In this document: piece after piece, positions 30,740-39,709 of the stretch
Layout of the letters: each line of letters opens with the position of its first letter
Numbering within the stretch: the first letter of the stretch is position 1
NCBI GenBank assembly: GCA_943788985.1
Contig: CALSSJ010000026.1
Span: 64,001 to 128,000 of the forward strand
Direction of reading: 5' to 3'
Length of the DNA stretch: 64,000 nucleotides
Source of the DNA: an uncultured Lentisphaerales bacterium
GTDB lineage: Bacteria; Verrucomicrobiota; Lentisphaeria; JABSQK01; UBA12247
Made by a program: the position numbers and the translations under genes
The notes under the pieces: model-generated
Database searches by the model: none
What the model saw: only the letters and a program-made list of their open reading frames with translations
Told to the model about the DNA's origin: nothing

Positions 30740-31134
30740 TATTCCTGCTCTCCTATCCAGGCCAATTGCGCCGCTGTCGCACTCAATGCCGAGAGCAAGG
30801 GCGAGAACTGTTCATGCCGCATGTTTTCGTCTATCTTCAACATTACCAAATTCTCCGCTCGTGCTTCCAACTCCCCGCTCACCAGCGCCTCCACATCGCC
30901 CAGCGCACAGGGCCTGCCCTGCACCCAGACCACGCCCTCTCCATCCATGCTCACAGTTACCTGGCCATCGTGGATCTTGGCGATGTCCTGAGATTTTGGG
31001 AGCGTTACGTCCACGTGCGCCTCCTTGATGAACACCGAGGTGACCATGAAAAAGATGATCAGCAGAAAGGCGATATCGCCCATCGGAGCAAACGGGACGT
31101 GCGGTTTCACGCGAGACCGGTGTTTCAGCTTCAT
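30739..31134 (-). CDS. exbD: ExbD/TolR family protein
   Basis: PMGDIAFLLIIFFMVTSVF...VTLPKS...VMLKIDE. Confidence 0.9.
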   Translation of the reverse strand: MKLKHRSRVKPHVPFAPMGDIAFLLIIFFMVTSVFIKEAHVDVTLPKSQDIAKIHDGQVTVSMDGEGVVWVQGRPCALGDVEALVSGELEARAENLVMLKIDENMRHEQFSPLLSALSATAAQLAWIGEQE

Positions 31135-31544
31135 TGACTTTCTTCCTCAAATATGGCGAGGATACCGCCAGCGTCCGCCACTGCCGCAACCACCTGGTAA
31201 TAGCGGCCACAGCGCACGCCCGGCGAACTTTCAATCCAGACCAAGCGCTCCTCATCGGGACGGTCCGCCAGCTGCGCGTCGCTCAGATACTCGCGCAGCG
31301 ACTGCAGCCCCGCGAGTTCATCCTCACCATTCAGCATAATGCGCTCGGGCGTCAGATGAATCGTCAACACCTCATTCTGGACGTTCTCCGGATCCTTGCT
31401 CGCGGACGGAAGCTCCAGCTTCTGCCCGCTGTTTCTCACGAAAGTCGACGTCAGAATGAAGAAGATGATCAGCAGAAAGGCGACGTCCGCAAATGCCACC
31501 AGATCGGCAGCGGCCTCCACACGTTTCCGCCGGGAGAGTTTCAT
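31131..31544 (-). CDS. exbD: ExbD/TolR family protein (second paralog)
   Basis: AFADVAFLLIIFFILTSTF...LELPSA. Confidence 0.9.
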   Translation of the reverse strand: MKLSRRKRVEAAADLVAFADVAFLLIIFFILTSTFVRNSGQKLELPSASKDPENVQNEVLTIHLTPERIMLNGEDELAGLQSLREYLSDAQLADRPDEERLVWIESSPGVRCGRYYQVVAAVADAGGILAIFEEESQ

Positions 31545-32179
31545 GCGGCATGCTCGAAATCAATCACATTCAAAATCGTATTGGCGGCTTCCTCCACGTC
31601 CAGGGACACCCGTTCTACGCGCCGGGAGAAGACGTTGTGAAAGATCACAGCCGGGATTGCCACGATTAATCCTGCGGCCGTCGTCACCAGAGCCATGGAG
31701 ATGCCAGAAGCCACGGCTCCACCATCGAGTCCGCCCACAGCGGCCATGCTGTCGAATGAGGTAATCATGCCGACCACAGTACCGGTCATACCGACCAGCG
31801 GGGCCACGCTGCCGACCATGGCCAAGTAGTTCAGACGCTTCTCCAGCATCTCCAGCACGCGCGGCGCATAGTCGATCATCGCTCGGCTCACCAGCTCCGA
31901 AACCTGCCCGGTCTTCCCCGCCTCGGTCAGTTTCTGATAGTGCGACACGCCTACCAGCGCGACAGCTGCCGCCGGACCGCCCGTCTCCCGGCAGACCGCC
32001 ACAGCCCGCTCGCAGGCTCCGTCTGACAGCGCATCACGGAGGCCCGCACAGAGCCCTTCGACATCAGCCTCGGCAGCGCGAAACGCCCGCAATCTATCCA
32101 GAATCACCCCTACCGCGAGGACGGATAGTCCCAACAACACAGTCATCATCATCCCACCATCCAACAGATACTGCAGCAT
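31541..32179 (-). CDS. exbB: MotA/TolQ/ExbB proton channel protein
   Basis: DGGMMM..L..LSV, LEKRLNYLAMVGSVAPLVGMTGTVVGMITSF, VASGISMALVTTAAGLIVAIP. Confidence 0.93.
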   Translation of the reverse strand: MLQYLLDGGMMMTVLLGLSVLAVGVILDRLRAFRAAEADVEGLCAGLRDALSDGACERAVAVCRETGGPAAAVALVGVSHYQKLTEAGKTGQVSELVSRAMIDYAPRVLEMLEKRLNYLAMVGSVAPLVGMTGTVVGMITSFDSMAAVGGLDGGAVASGISMALVTTAAGLIVAIPAVIFHNVFSRRVERVSLDVEEAANTILNVIDFEHAA

Positions 32180-32559
32180 CCTCGATCTCCTTGTCCGCCA
32201 GTTATTTGCTCCCGGACGATATAGCGCAAGTCGCGTCCTGCAACGTCCTCGCTAGCCCAATTCGTGTCTACGCGTGAGATTGTCGCTTCGCAGCCCTTGG
32301 GGGGAGCCCGTCTCACTGCAGGCAAGCAAAGGGTCAATGACAGCTCCGCAACTCTTGAACCGCATAGGAATTTGAATTTATGATCCGTCCGATGTTCCTT
32401 TATTTCTTGCAGGATAGCCTCGAATCTTACAGGAAGGAGCGAGAAGAAAAAGGAAGGGATCCGAGAGTAGTGCAACAGACTGATGAGTTGTCGCCAGAAT
32501 GTCTTCTAACTCTCAGATCGGGCGCCCTTCCGTCCTGTAGCAGAAAGCGATTGAATTAC

Positions 32560-32790
32560 TCAGCCGGGGCCAGGCGCAGCGTTTCGCAATTGGCGAAGCG
32601 AATACAGCGCCGTCCCGTCTGAGAGAAAACCACGCCCATACCGCCGTTTACTCGCTCGCTCTTGCCGCACCACATCGGCACTCAGATCCATCACAAAAGC
32701 CTTGGATCCGATAATTGCTCCATCGGCCCAGTAGCATGCGCAGCCTGTCAACTGCAAGCGCGGCCCAGTTGAAACTGATCGGTATCCCCT
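32560..32790 (-). mobile_element. Probable C-terminal remnant of a REP-associated (Y1/RAYT-like) transposase
   Basis: YWADGAIIGSKAFV...R...LYSLRQLR resembles, from memory, the RYFTDGxxIGSxxFV...LxSLRxL tail of PVC RAYT-like transposases. No HUH N-terminal domain was found. Confidence 0.45.
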
Positions 32791-33140
32791 TGTGCCCAAT
32801 CCGCAGGCCGCGCCCACCTCGTGATCAGGGCACGTGAAGACGCGTAGTGACACCTCGGCCGAGCCAGAAAAACGACGCAGGAGACGCAGATTCTCTGACT
32901 AGAAATGGGACGCGCTGTCGCACTTCCAGTCGGGCCGCGCCCTTGATATGTCATATATTTTGATTTCCAGCTACTCAATTAGGACGTACTCACGGGCGAC
33001 ATGCGATCTGTAAAGTATCGGTTATGTTGTCGCATGCGCATTCTGATTCTCCGCTTCATTCTTTCGATTCAGCCTGCCGGTCATCGCATCAGTAGCTCCC
33101 TCACTGGCCGTCCGCTCTGTGTTTGCGTGGACTCTCAAAC

Positions 33141-34448
33141 GTGAGTCAACGTGCGTTTCGTTTCGGCTTGCTCATTGCCGTTCTTTTTGGATTGGGCTTG
33201 AGGTTTGCCCATCTGGCGAGCTGCAAGAACTGGCTTTTCGACGAGTATTATTACTACTTTACCACTGCGGCGAGCGCCTATCAGGGTGAAGGCTTCAACG
33301 CGGCGTACAACACCGAGCGCGAGGGGATATTTGTGCCGCCGCCGGGTCAGTCTTGGTTCATCCTCGCGATGCTCCCGTTTTGCAGCTACACCCAGCCGGA
33401 CGGCAGCCTTGAAGTGGTCATCGTCCTGCCAAAGCTAATTCAGATCCTCCTCTCCGGATTTACGATCATTCTCTTCGGGCTCATTGGACGCCAACTGCGA
33501 TCGCGTCTAGCGGGGCTCATTGCTGCCTTTTCTGCCGCGCTCTACCCGGGGTTTGTTCATTGGTCCGGCTACCTGATGAGCGAGAGCAACTACCTGCTGG
33601 GACTCACGCTGCTTACCTGGCTACTGCTGCGCTGGGTCGATCGGCCGTACTACCGACGAGCGCTTCTTGCCGCAGCCGTTCTCGGCCTGCTCTGCTTTCA
33701 GCGCGGAAATCCCTTGCTTCTCGCCCCCACATTGGCTGGCTTTTCGATCTTCATCATGGGCTGGAAACGCGGGTGGCGTCCGGCGCTTACCTTCATGTTC
33801 CTCCCGATGTTTATCCTATTGCCTTGGCGACAGTTCAACGCCGAGCGGCATGGCGATCCAGTGTGGGTAAGCAGTAACTCCGGAATCCTCTTTCACTACG
33901 CGAATCGGATCAATCTCGATCCAGTGAAAACTCCGCACTGGGACGACATGGGCAGCATCGCTCTCGTTTCTGAGATTGAGAGCCAGTTTCACCGTGAAGA
34001 CGGTAAGCTAAATGCCACATACTATCGCTACGGACAGGCCTATTTGGATCACGCGAAGGCATACGTGTTTGCCAATCCGGGACACTTCCTGCGCAACTAC
34101 TTCCTCAAGCTCTGGAATCAATTCACCGTAGTGCCCAGTAACCCAGTCAGCTTTTTGCGAAGTCCGCAACTTTGGAGCTGGCTGCATCACCTTCTGCTCT
34201 TCGCCGGTACCGGTGGCTTTGTGGTCATGTTAACTCGTGCGCGCAACCGCCATGCTTTCCTACTGCTTACCGTATTCGCGTACTTCTCAGCATTCGGTGC
34301 GCTCTTTCATCTCACGCGCGATGGCCGCATGGCACTTGTGCTCAAAGTCTATCTTATCTTCTACGCAGCGTGGTTCATCGATTGGCTGTATTCAGCGCTT
34401 CGCACTCGGCGCTCGCAGTGCCAAGAGATCGCAGTCGCCGACTGCTAG
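33141..34448 (+). CDS. GT-C fold membrane glycosyltransferase (ArnT/PMT-like)
   Basis: Multi-TM protein with FDEYYY, VPPPGQSWF, ALYPGFV..SGYLMSES, LPW..FN, VSSNSG. Confidence 0.8.
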   Translation: MSQRAFRFGLLIAVLFGLGLRFAHLASCKNWLFDEYYYYFTTAASAYQGEGFNAAYNTEREGIFVPPPGQSWFILAMLPFCSYTQPDGSLEVVIVLPKLIQILLSGFTIILFGLIGRQLRSRLAGLIAAFSAALYPGFVHWSGYLMSESNYLLGLTLLTWLLLRWVDRPYYRRALLAAAVLGLLCFQRGNPLLLAPTLAGFSIFIMGWKRGWRPALTFMFLPMFILLPWRQFNAERHGDPVWVSSNSGILFHYANRINLDPVKTPHWDDMGSIALVSEIESQFHREDGKLNATYYRYGQAYLDHAKAYVFANPGHFLRNYFLKLWNQFTVVPSNPVSFLRSPQLWSWLHHLLLFAGTGGFVVMLTRARNRHAFLLLTVFAYFSAFGALFHLTRDGRMALVLKVYLIFYAAWFIDWLYSALRTRRSQCQEIAVADC

Positions 34449-34449
34449 G

Positions 34450-34987
34450 ACTGCTTGAACCACGGCGGCGATTGCCGACTGGGATTTCGACGATGTGGCG
34501 AGGAGCACGTTCACAAATGCGACACACTTCTGGCGCGTCCTTTAGTGGAATCTCCGGGGAATTGTATTCGCCGGAGACCGCCACGAACTGCCATACCTCA
34601 TCATTGCACGGGCTTTGAATCCGTTGTGGCGGGACACTTTCGCCGAATGCGCCACGCGAGGAATACAGCTGCCCGCTCTTGCCGATACGCAGACTGAACG
34701 AGTTGCCTACGTCGTGAACATGCTTCATCTTCAGGTTGAATACAGTTTCTTCGTCCAGCCCTTTGTATCAGAGACTGCCACTGGGCGTGTAGGTGGGTGA
34801 CATCGTCGTGCGGCCTCGCTTGGCCTCCGGAACGTCGGCAACACCAAGAGGGCAGATGTCCAGCAACTGCGCGTCAACCTTGACTCGCCCCGTTGATTTT
34901 GAGTCTCCCTGCGCACTCGCGGAACCGGCAAGGAGCCCCGCCGCAAGCACGGCTCCGATACAATAGGCAAAAAGTCTTGAACTTCAT
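34450..34987 (-). pseudogene. Decayed secreted protein gene at the end of the sulfatase operon
   Basis: ATG at 34987 overlaps the sulfatase stop. There is a frameshift in the signal peptide and an in-frame TGA at 34768-34770, then ...FSLRIGKSGQLYSSRGAFGESVPPQ..SPCNDEVWQFVAV. Apparently truncated; left boundary approximate. Confidence 0.5.
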
Positions 34988-36870
34988 TGCTTCTCCTCTT
35001 CCACTTTCAGCGCTCGTTCGATTGCCGATATTCCCTTCGCGGTCGGGTTGTCCGGGCCGACGACCTGCGGGTAGGAGACCAGATAGTTGTTCTGGTCAAT
35101 CAGGTTGATGTAATAATGGGTGGTACCTGCGGGCAATTTGACGGTCACCTGGTTTCCCGCGGACAGAGTCGCTGGGGTGCGCAGCCAGCCTCCCGGACCG
35201 CTCCGCTTGTAGATGAGGTCAGCGCGTACCACTGTGGCACCCTTCTCTTTATATGTCACAACAACGGTGTTCCCATTCCGCTCATGGGATAGCACAGTCG
35301 GCACCCACAGCTTCTCCCCCGTATTGCGGGGACACTGCGGGTTCAGGAATGGATAGCTGGCATTCCTTTCCGTCAGGATTTCCGTCAGCCGCTGAGCCAT
35401 CGCCACAGTTTTCTCTGGCATGGCGCCAGCCAGGTTCTTGGCTTCCTCGATGTCCACCCGCTTCTGAGTGCCGTCTTCGGAGTTGTAGAGCCGGAAGAGC
35501 TCCCATTCTGGCTTGTCGAAGTAGTTGTGTACCAGCTTGTAGTCGCCGATACGAATCGTACTCTCCTGTGCTTTGCTCTGCGGAAAGTGCCAGACCATGG
35601 TGTCGCGGACACTCCCGTCTTGCTCTTTCACCAGGCTGGCATCAGATGGCTTCTTAGCCAGCAGCGTGCTGAGGTCGCAGCCGTCCAGCGTCTTACCAGT
35701 CGGCCTCGGCGTCTTCGTCCAGCTGAGAATGGTGGGGTAGAAGTCGAGTCCGTTGGCCATGACGTCGGTCTTCAGGCCCTTGGGGATGCCGGGGCCGGCA
35801 ATGATCAGTGGCACACGCGTCCCGCCCTCCATGGCGGAGATCTTGCCTTTCTGGAGGGGGCGGTTGTCCGTGTACTTTTCTTTGGGGTCTCCCACCATTC
35901 CGCCGTTGTCCGAGGTAAAGATGAGGTAGGTGTTCTCAATCAGCTTGTGTCCCGGCCAACGCGGGTCATCCGTTTCTTTGAGATACTTCATGAGTTGCCC
36001 GGTGTAGTAGTCGAGCATCTCCACCATGGCGCCGTAGTAAGGATTCTTCTGCCCTGCTTGATCTCTCACTTGAACCGGCCCGGGGCCGTCTGGAAATGGC
36101 AGGCCCATCTTCGCGCAGTATTTCTCAAGCAGCGCACGGGATTGGGTATGGATCGGTCCATGAACCAGCCAGGTGCACCAGTAGAGAAAGAAGGGCCGGT
36201 CTTTCGTTTGGGCCTGGTTCAGGAACTCGATGGCGTCGTCGAGATTGTCGTGCTCTGGATAGCCATTTGCGTCAAGCGTGAACTTGGTGCCGGTCTCACC
36301 GGCGAAGACCTTGCTGCGATCCGGTGTCAGCAGAGTCCCCCCACGGCGCGACCTGGAATAGTCAAAGCCCTGGGCATTTGCCGCCTTGGCATTGTGTGCG
36401 CCCATATGCCATTTCCCGGCATGGCCCGTGAAATAGCCATTGGTGCGGAGGACGGTCGCGATTGTGCGCTTACTCGTGGCGCCGCCTTGCTTCGACCACG
36501 GAGACAGGAAGGCCCAACCGCGGAAATGGTGCGGGGCAGGGGGAATCCCCCCGCCGACTCCGATCAAATTCGATCGCGCCGGAGCGATGCCACTCATGAT
36601 CGCACTCCGAGACGGCATGCAGACCGGTGACGGCGAATAGCCCTGCCAGAACATCACGCCTTCTTTGGCCAGCGCATCGATATGCGGGGTTTCGTAGGGG
36701 GTCGGCTCGTCGATGTCATAGCAGACGACATCCTGCCAGCCGAGGTCGTCGGTTAGCAGCAGCAGCACGTTGGGCTTTTCGGGTCTGAGGCCATCGGCCA
36801 ATGCCAACATCGTACCTGCCAGCAGACAGATGCCAACAGAGGCGGCTATCATTTCTTTGCTTCTACGCAC
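34984..36870 (-). CDS. Secreted sulfatase (S1) with C-terminal extension
   Basis: KPNVLLLLTDDLGW, CMPSRSAIMSG, GKWH, SDNGG, GKISAMEGGTRVP. Confidence 0.93.
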   Translation of the reverse strand: MRRSKEMIAASVGICLLAGTMLALADGLRPEKPNVLLLLTDDLGWQDVVCYDIDEPTPYETPHIDALAKEGVMFWQGYSPSPVCMPSRSAIMSGIAPARSNLIGVGGGIPPAPHHFRGWAFLSPWSKQGGATSKRTIATVLRTNGYFTGHAGKWHMGAHNAKAANAQGFDYSRSRRGGTLLTPDRSKVFAGETGTKFTLDANGYPEHDNLDDAIEFLNQAQTKDRPFFLYWCTWLVHGPIHTQSRALLEKYCAKMGLPFPDGPGPVQVRDQAGQKNPYYGAMVEMLDYYTGQLMKYLKETDDPRWPGHKLIENTYLIFTSDNGGMVGDPKEKYTDNRPLQKGKISAMEGGTRVPLIIAGPGIPKGLKTDVMANGLDFYPTILSWTKTPRPTGKTLDGCDLSTLLAKKPSDASLVKEQDGSVRDTMVWHFPQSKAQESTIRIGDYKLVHNYFDKPEWELFRLYNSEDGTQKRVDIEEAKNLAGAMPEKTVAMAQRLTEILTERNASYPFLNPQCPRNTGEKLWVPTVLSHERNGNTVVVTYKEKGATVVRADLIYKRSGPGGWLRTPATLSAGNQVTVKLPAGTTHYYINLIDQNNYLVSYPQVVGPDNPTAKGISAIERALKVEEEKQ

Positions 36871-36916
36871 TATTGACTTCTCCGTTTTGCGTTACGTCTT
36901 GGCCTGTTTATCGTGC

Positions 36917-39709
36917 CTAGTTCAGTGGGATATGCGCCTCGTCCATGAAGCCTTTCAGCCTGGTCAGGACTTCGGGGAAGGCATTGGCCAGGTTCTTAGT
37001 TTCGGCCAGATCGTCCTCTAGGTTGTAAAGCTCAATGGGCTGCAGCGTGCCGTTCTTGGCCACTTGAACCGCTTTCCAGTTGCCAGAACGAACCGAGCGA
37101 GCGGTGAACGGTATTTTGGCTCTCGCCTGAATAAACTCATGGTAGACGTATGGATGCTGTTTCTGCTTGCCTTTGCCGAGAAAGGTCGGCAGAATCGAGA
37201 TGCCGTCGGACTGTTCGGGAACCGGCTGCCCGACGAGCTCCGCCATGGTCGGCAAAATATCCCAGAACGCGCTGAGATGTGCGCTTTCGCGACCAGCTAC
37301 CACCTTTCCGGGCCAGCGCACGATGAAGGGGGCGCGGATGCCGCCTTCGTACAAATCGCGCTTGATCCCACGCAGGGGGCCGTTGGAATCCCAGAAGTTC
37401 GGGTCATGCCCGCCCTCCCGATGTGCGCCGTTGTCACTGGAGAACAGGATCATGGTCGTGTCATCCACGCCGAGATCAGTCAGCATCTTGAGCAACTCGC
37501 CGATCTGGTTGTCAAAGTTTTCCATCATGGCCGCATAGCCGGCGATCGGGTTCTGCACGTCCGGGCAATCCTGGTCTTTCCCTGCGCCATAGCGGCCAAT
37601 CTTCTTGTCAAACTGCGGATAGACTTTGCGCCACTTCGCGTGCAGGTCTGGTGGCCCATGCATCGCCGCATGGGGCACAGCGGTGGGGATATAGCAGAAG
37701 AAGGGCTTCTTGGCTGAGGCGTTGCTGCGTATGAAGTCAAAGGCGTCGGCCATGATCAAGTCGTGCACATAGGTTCCCTTGCTCAGCGGGATCTCTTTGC
37801 CGTCTCGGATGATGTTCTTTGGGTAGTAGGTGTGCGCGATGCCTTGGCTCTTCCAGCCGGAGAAGTGGTCAAAGCCATGCGTCAGCGGATTCGTAATGCC
37901 CTCGAGATGGGTGTGCCCTAGTCCCCACTTTCCGTAAGCGCCGGTGGCATACCCCCCATTCTTAAACAATCGTGGCAGAGTCGTCATGTTGGGATTGAGG
38001 GCAAAGTTGTTTTCGCTCCCGTTCCCCCGACAGTGGACAAGCCCGGGGTGCTGCCCAGTCATCAGGACTGCGCGCGACGGGGAACAGACCGTATTGCCGG
38101 AATAGTGATCCGTAAAGCGCATGCCTTCGGTCGCAATGCGATCGATGTTGGGTGTCTTGAGCTTCTTCTGTCCGTAGCACCCGAGGTCGCCATATCCGAG
38201 GTCATCGGCCAGGATGTAGATCACGTTGGGCCGTTGTGAAGGATCTGAGCCTGCCTTTCCTATCTCCTGCTGCGTCTTTCTGCTCCATGCGTCCGTATCT
38301 TCGCGATGACCAGCTTTCTCTTTGGCTTCCTGGTACCTTGGGTTCCACTTCGTCGGGACGGGACAGTTCAGGGCAGTGCGCCACTGCTTCATCATGGCGT
38401 GAAGCTCTGCAGCTTTCTCTGGTGCCTTGGCTGCGATGTTTGTGCGCTCCCCCACATCCGCGGCCATATCGTAGAGTTCCAAGCGACTATCTTCGAAGTA
38501 CTCGTGCAGTTTCCACTTCCCGAGCCGCATGGCGGAGCCGGGACGAGTGCGGAAAAGCGGGTCGTGTGAATCGTCGGCTGCACCGGCGTATTGCTGCAGA
38601 TAGACGGGGAAATGCCAATACAGGGCGCGCTCGGGAAAAGCGCCGGTTTGCGTCAGCAGCGGCAGCAGGCTGACGCCGTCCAAGACCTTTCCGGCTGGCG
38701 CCTCCAGCCCGGCGGCTTCCACAAAGGTGGGATAGAAGTCGATGCCGATCACCGGCACATCGCTCGTAGTTCCTGGCGTGACCTTTGCTGGCCACCGCAC
38801 CAAGAGCGGTTCGCGGATGCCTCCTTCGAAATAGGAGCCCTTGCCAGAGCGGTACGGAGCCTGCGTGGAGACATGTCGCATGCCGCCGTTGTCGGAGGTG
38901 AACAGAACAAGCGTGTTGTCCTTGAGGCCCAGTCGGTCGAGTTCGGCCACGATCTTGCCGATGCTTTCGTCCATCTTCTCGATCATGGATGCATAGGCCG
39001 CGTGGATGCCCGCCACGTCCTTGTACTTCTCCACCAAGCCCAGCACTGGCTGAAACCCCGCATGCACAGCGTAGTAGGCCATGTGCATGAAGAACGGCTG
39101 TTTTTTGTTTGCCTGCATGAAGGTGATGGCCTGATCTGCAAAGATATCGCAGCGGTGTGTGCCTTTGGGATACTGACCGCTGAACGGCTGCATGGGGCCA
39201 CTCTCGAAGGGCGAGAAGTAGCCCCCACCACTCGGACCGCCGGTCTTGCCGCCGCCGATGTTGATGTCAAATCCCTGTTTTGTGGGGTCTTCGCCTAAAT
39301 GCCACTTCCCGAGGTGGATGGTCTTGTAGCCGCCGGCTTTGAGTGCCTCGGCCATCGTCACATTCTCGTCGGGAAGGTAGCGCGTGTTTGGTACGGGGAT
39401 GAGCTTGCGGTCGGACGCCTTGCCACGTTCGGACGAGCCCACGGTATAGACTCCATGCCTGGCGGCATACTGCCCGCTCATGCAGGCTGCACGACTCGGC
39501 GCGCAGTTTGCGGCTGGCGCATAGGCTTCGGTGAAGACCATCCCTTCCGCTGCTAACTGGTCGAGGTTCGGCGTTCGATACTCGGTACGCCCCATGAACC
39601 CCACATCCATCACGCCGAGGTCGTCGGCGTTGAAATAGATGATGTTGGGCTGCTTCGCTACCGTGACGATGCTTGCTAGAAGCAGGAGAATCAGGGCTGT
39701 TCGTTTCAT
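36917..39709 (-). CDS. Tandem double sulfatase (two complete S1 domains)
   Basis: Domain 1 PNIIYFNADDLG...CAPSRAACMSG...GKWHLG...SDNGG. Domain 2 PNVIYILADDLG...CSPSRAVLMTG...GKWGLG...SDNG...KRDLYEGGIR. Confidence 0.93.
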   Translation of the reverse strand: MKRTALILLLLASIVTVAKQPNIIYFNADDLGVMDVGFMGRTEYRTPNLDQLAAEGMVFTEAYAPAANCAPSRAACMSGQYAARHGVYTVGSSERGKASDRKLIPVPNTRYLPDENVTMAEALKAGGYKTIHLGKWHLGEDPTKQGFDINIGGGKTGGPSGGGYFSPFESGPMQPFSGQYPKGTHRCDIFADQAITFMQANKKQPFFMHMAYYAVHAGFQPVLGLVEKYKDVAGIHAAYASMIEKMDESIGKIVAELDRLGLKDNTLVLFTSDNGGMRHVSTQAPYRSGKGSYFEGGIREPLLVRWPAKVTPGTTSDVPVIGIDFYPTFVEAAGLEAPAGKVLDGVSLLPLLTQTGAFPERALYWHFPVYLQQYAGAADDSHDPLFRTRPGSAMRLGKWKLHEYFEDSRLELYDMAADVGERTNIAAKAPEKAAELHAMMKQWRTALNCPVPTKWNPRYQEAKEKAGHREDTDAWSRKTQQEIGKAGSDPSQRPNVIYILADDLGYGDLGCYGQKKLKTPNIDRIATEGMRFTDHYSGNTVCSPSRAVLMTGQHPGLVHCRGNGSENNFALNPNMTTLPRLFKNGGYATGAYGKWGLGHTHLEGITNPLTHGFDHFSGWKSQGIAHTYYPKNIIRDGKEIPLSKGTYVHDLIMADAFDFIRSNASAKKPFFCYIPTAVPHAAMHGPPDLHAKWRKVYPQFDKKIGRYGAGKDQDCPDVQNPIAGYAAMMENFDNQIGELLKMLTDLGVDDTTMILFSSDNGAHREGGHDPNFWDSNGPLRGIKRDLYEGGIRAPFIVRWPGKVVAGRESAHLSAFWDILPTMAELVGQPVPEQSDGISILPTFLGKGKQKQHPYVYHEFIQARAKIPFTARSVRSGNWKAVQVAKNGTLQPIELYNLEDDLAETKNLANAFPEVLTRLKGFMDEAHIPLN

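Noticed and set aside
32478..32550. Hammerhead ribozyme (CTGATGAG core)
   Set aside because: There is no stem II closed directly by GAAA and no matching cleavage-site stems.
34768..34770. Selenocysteine or TGA recoding
   Set aside because: The codon is best explained as a Trp-to-stop change in a gene with other lesions. TGA is used as a normal stop throughout the window.
35527..36630. Long antisense ORFs (also 41486-42598, 61634-62680, 25616-26395, 45129-45974)
   Set aside because: These are shadow ORFs opposite well-supported genes in GC-rich DNA, with no recognisable motifs.
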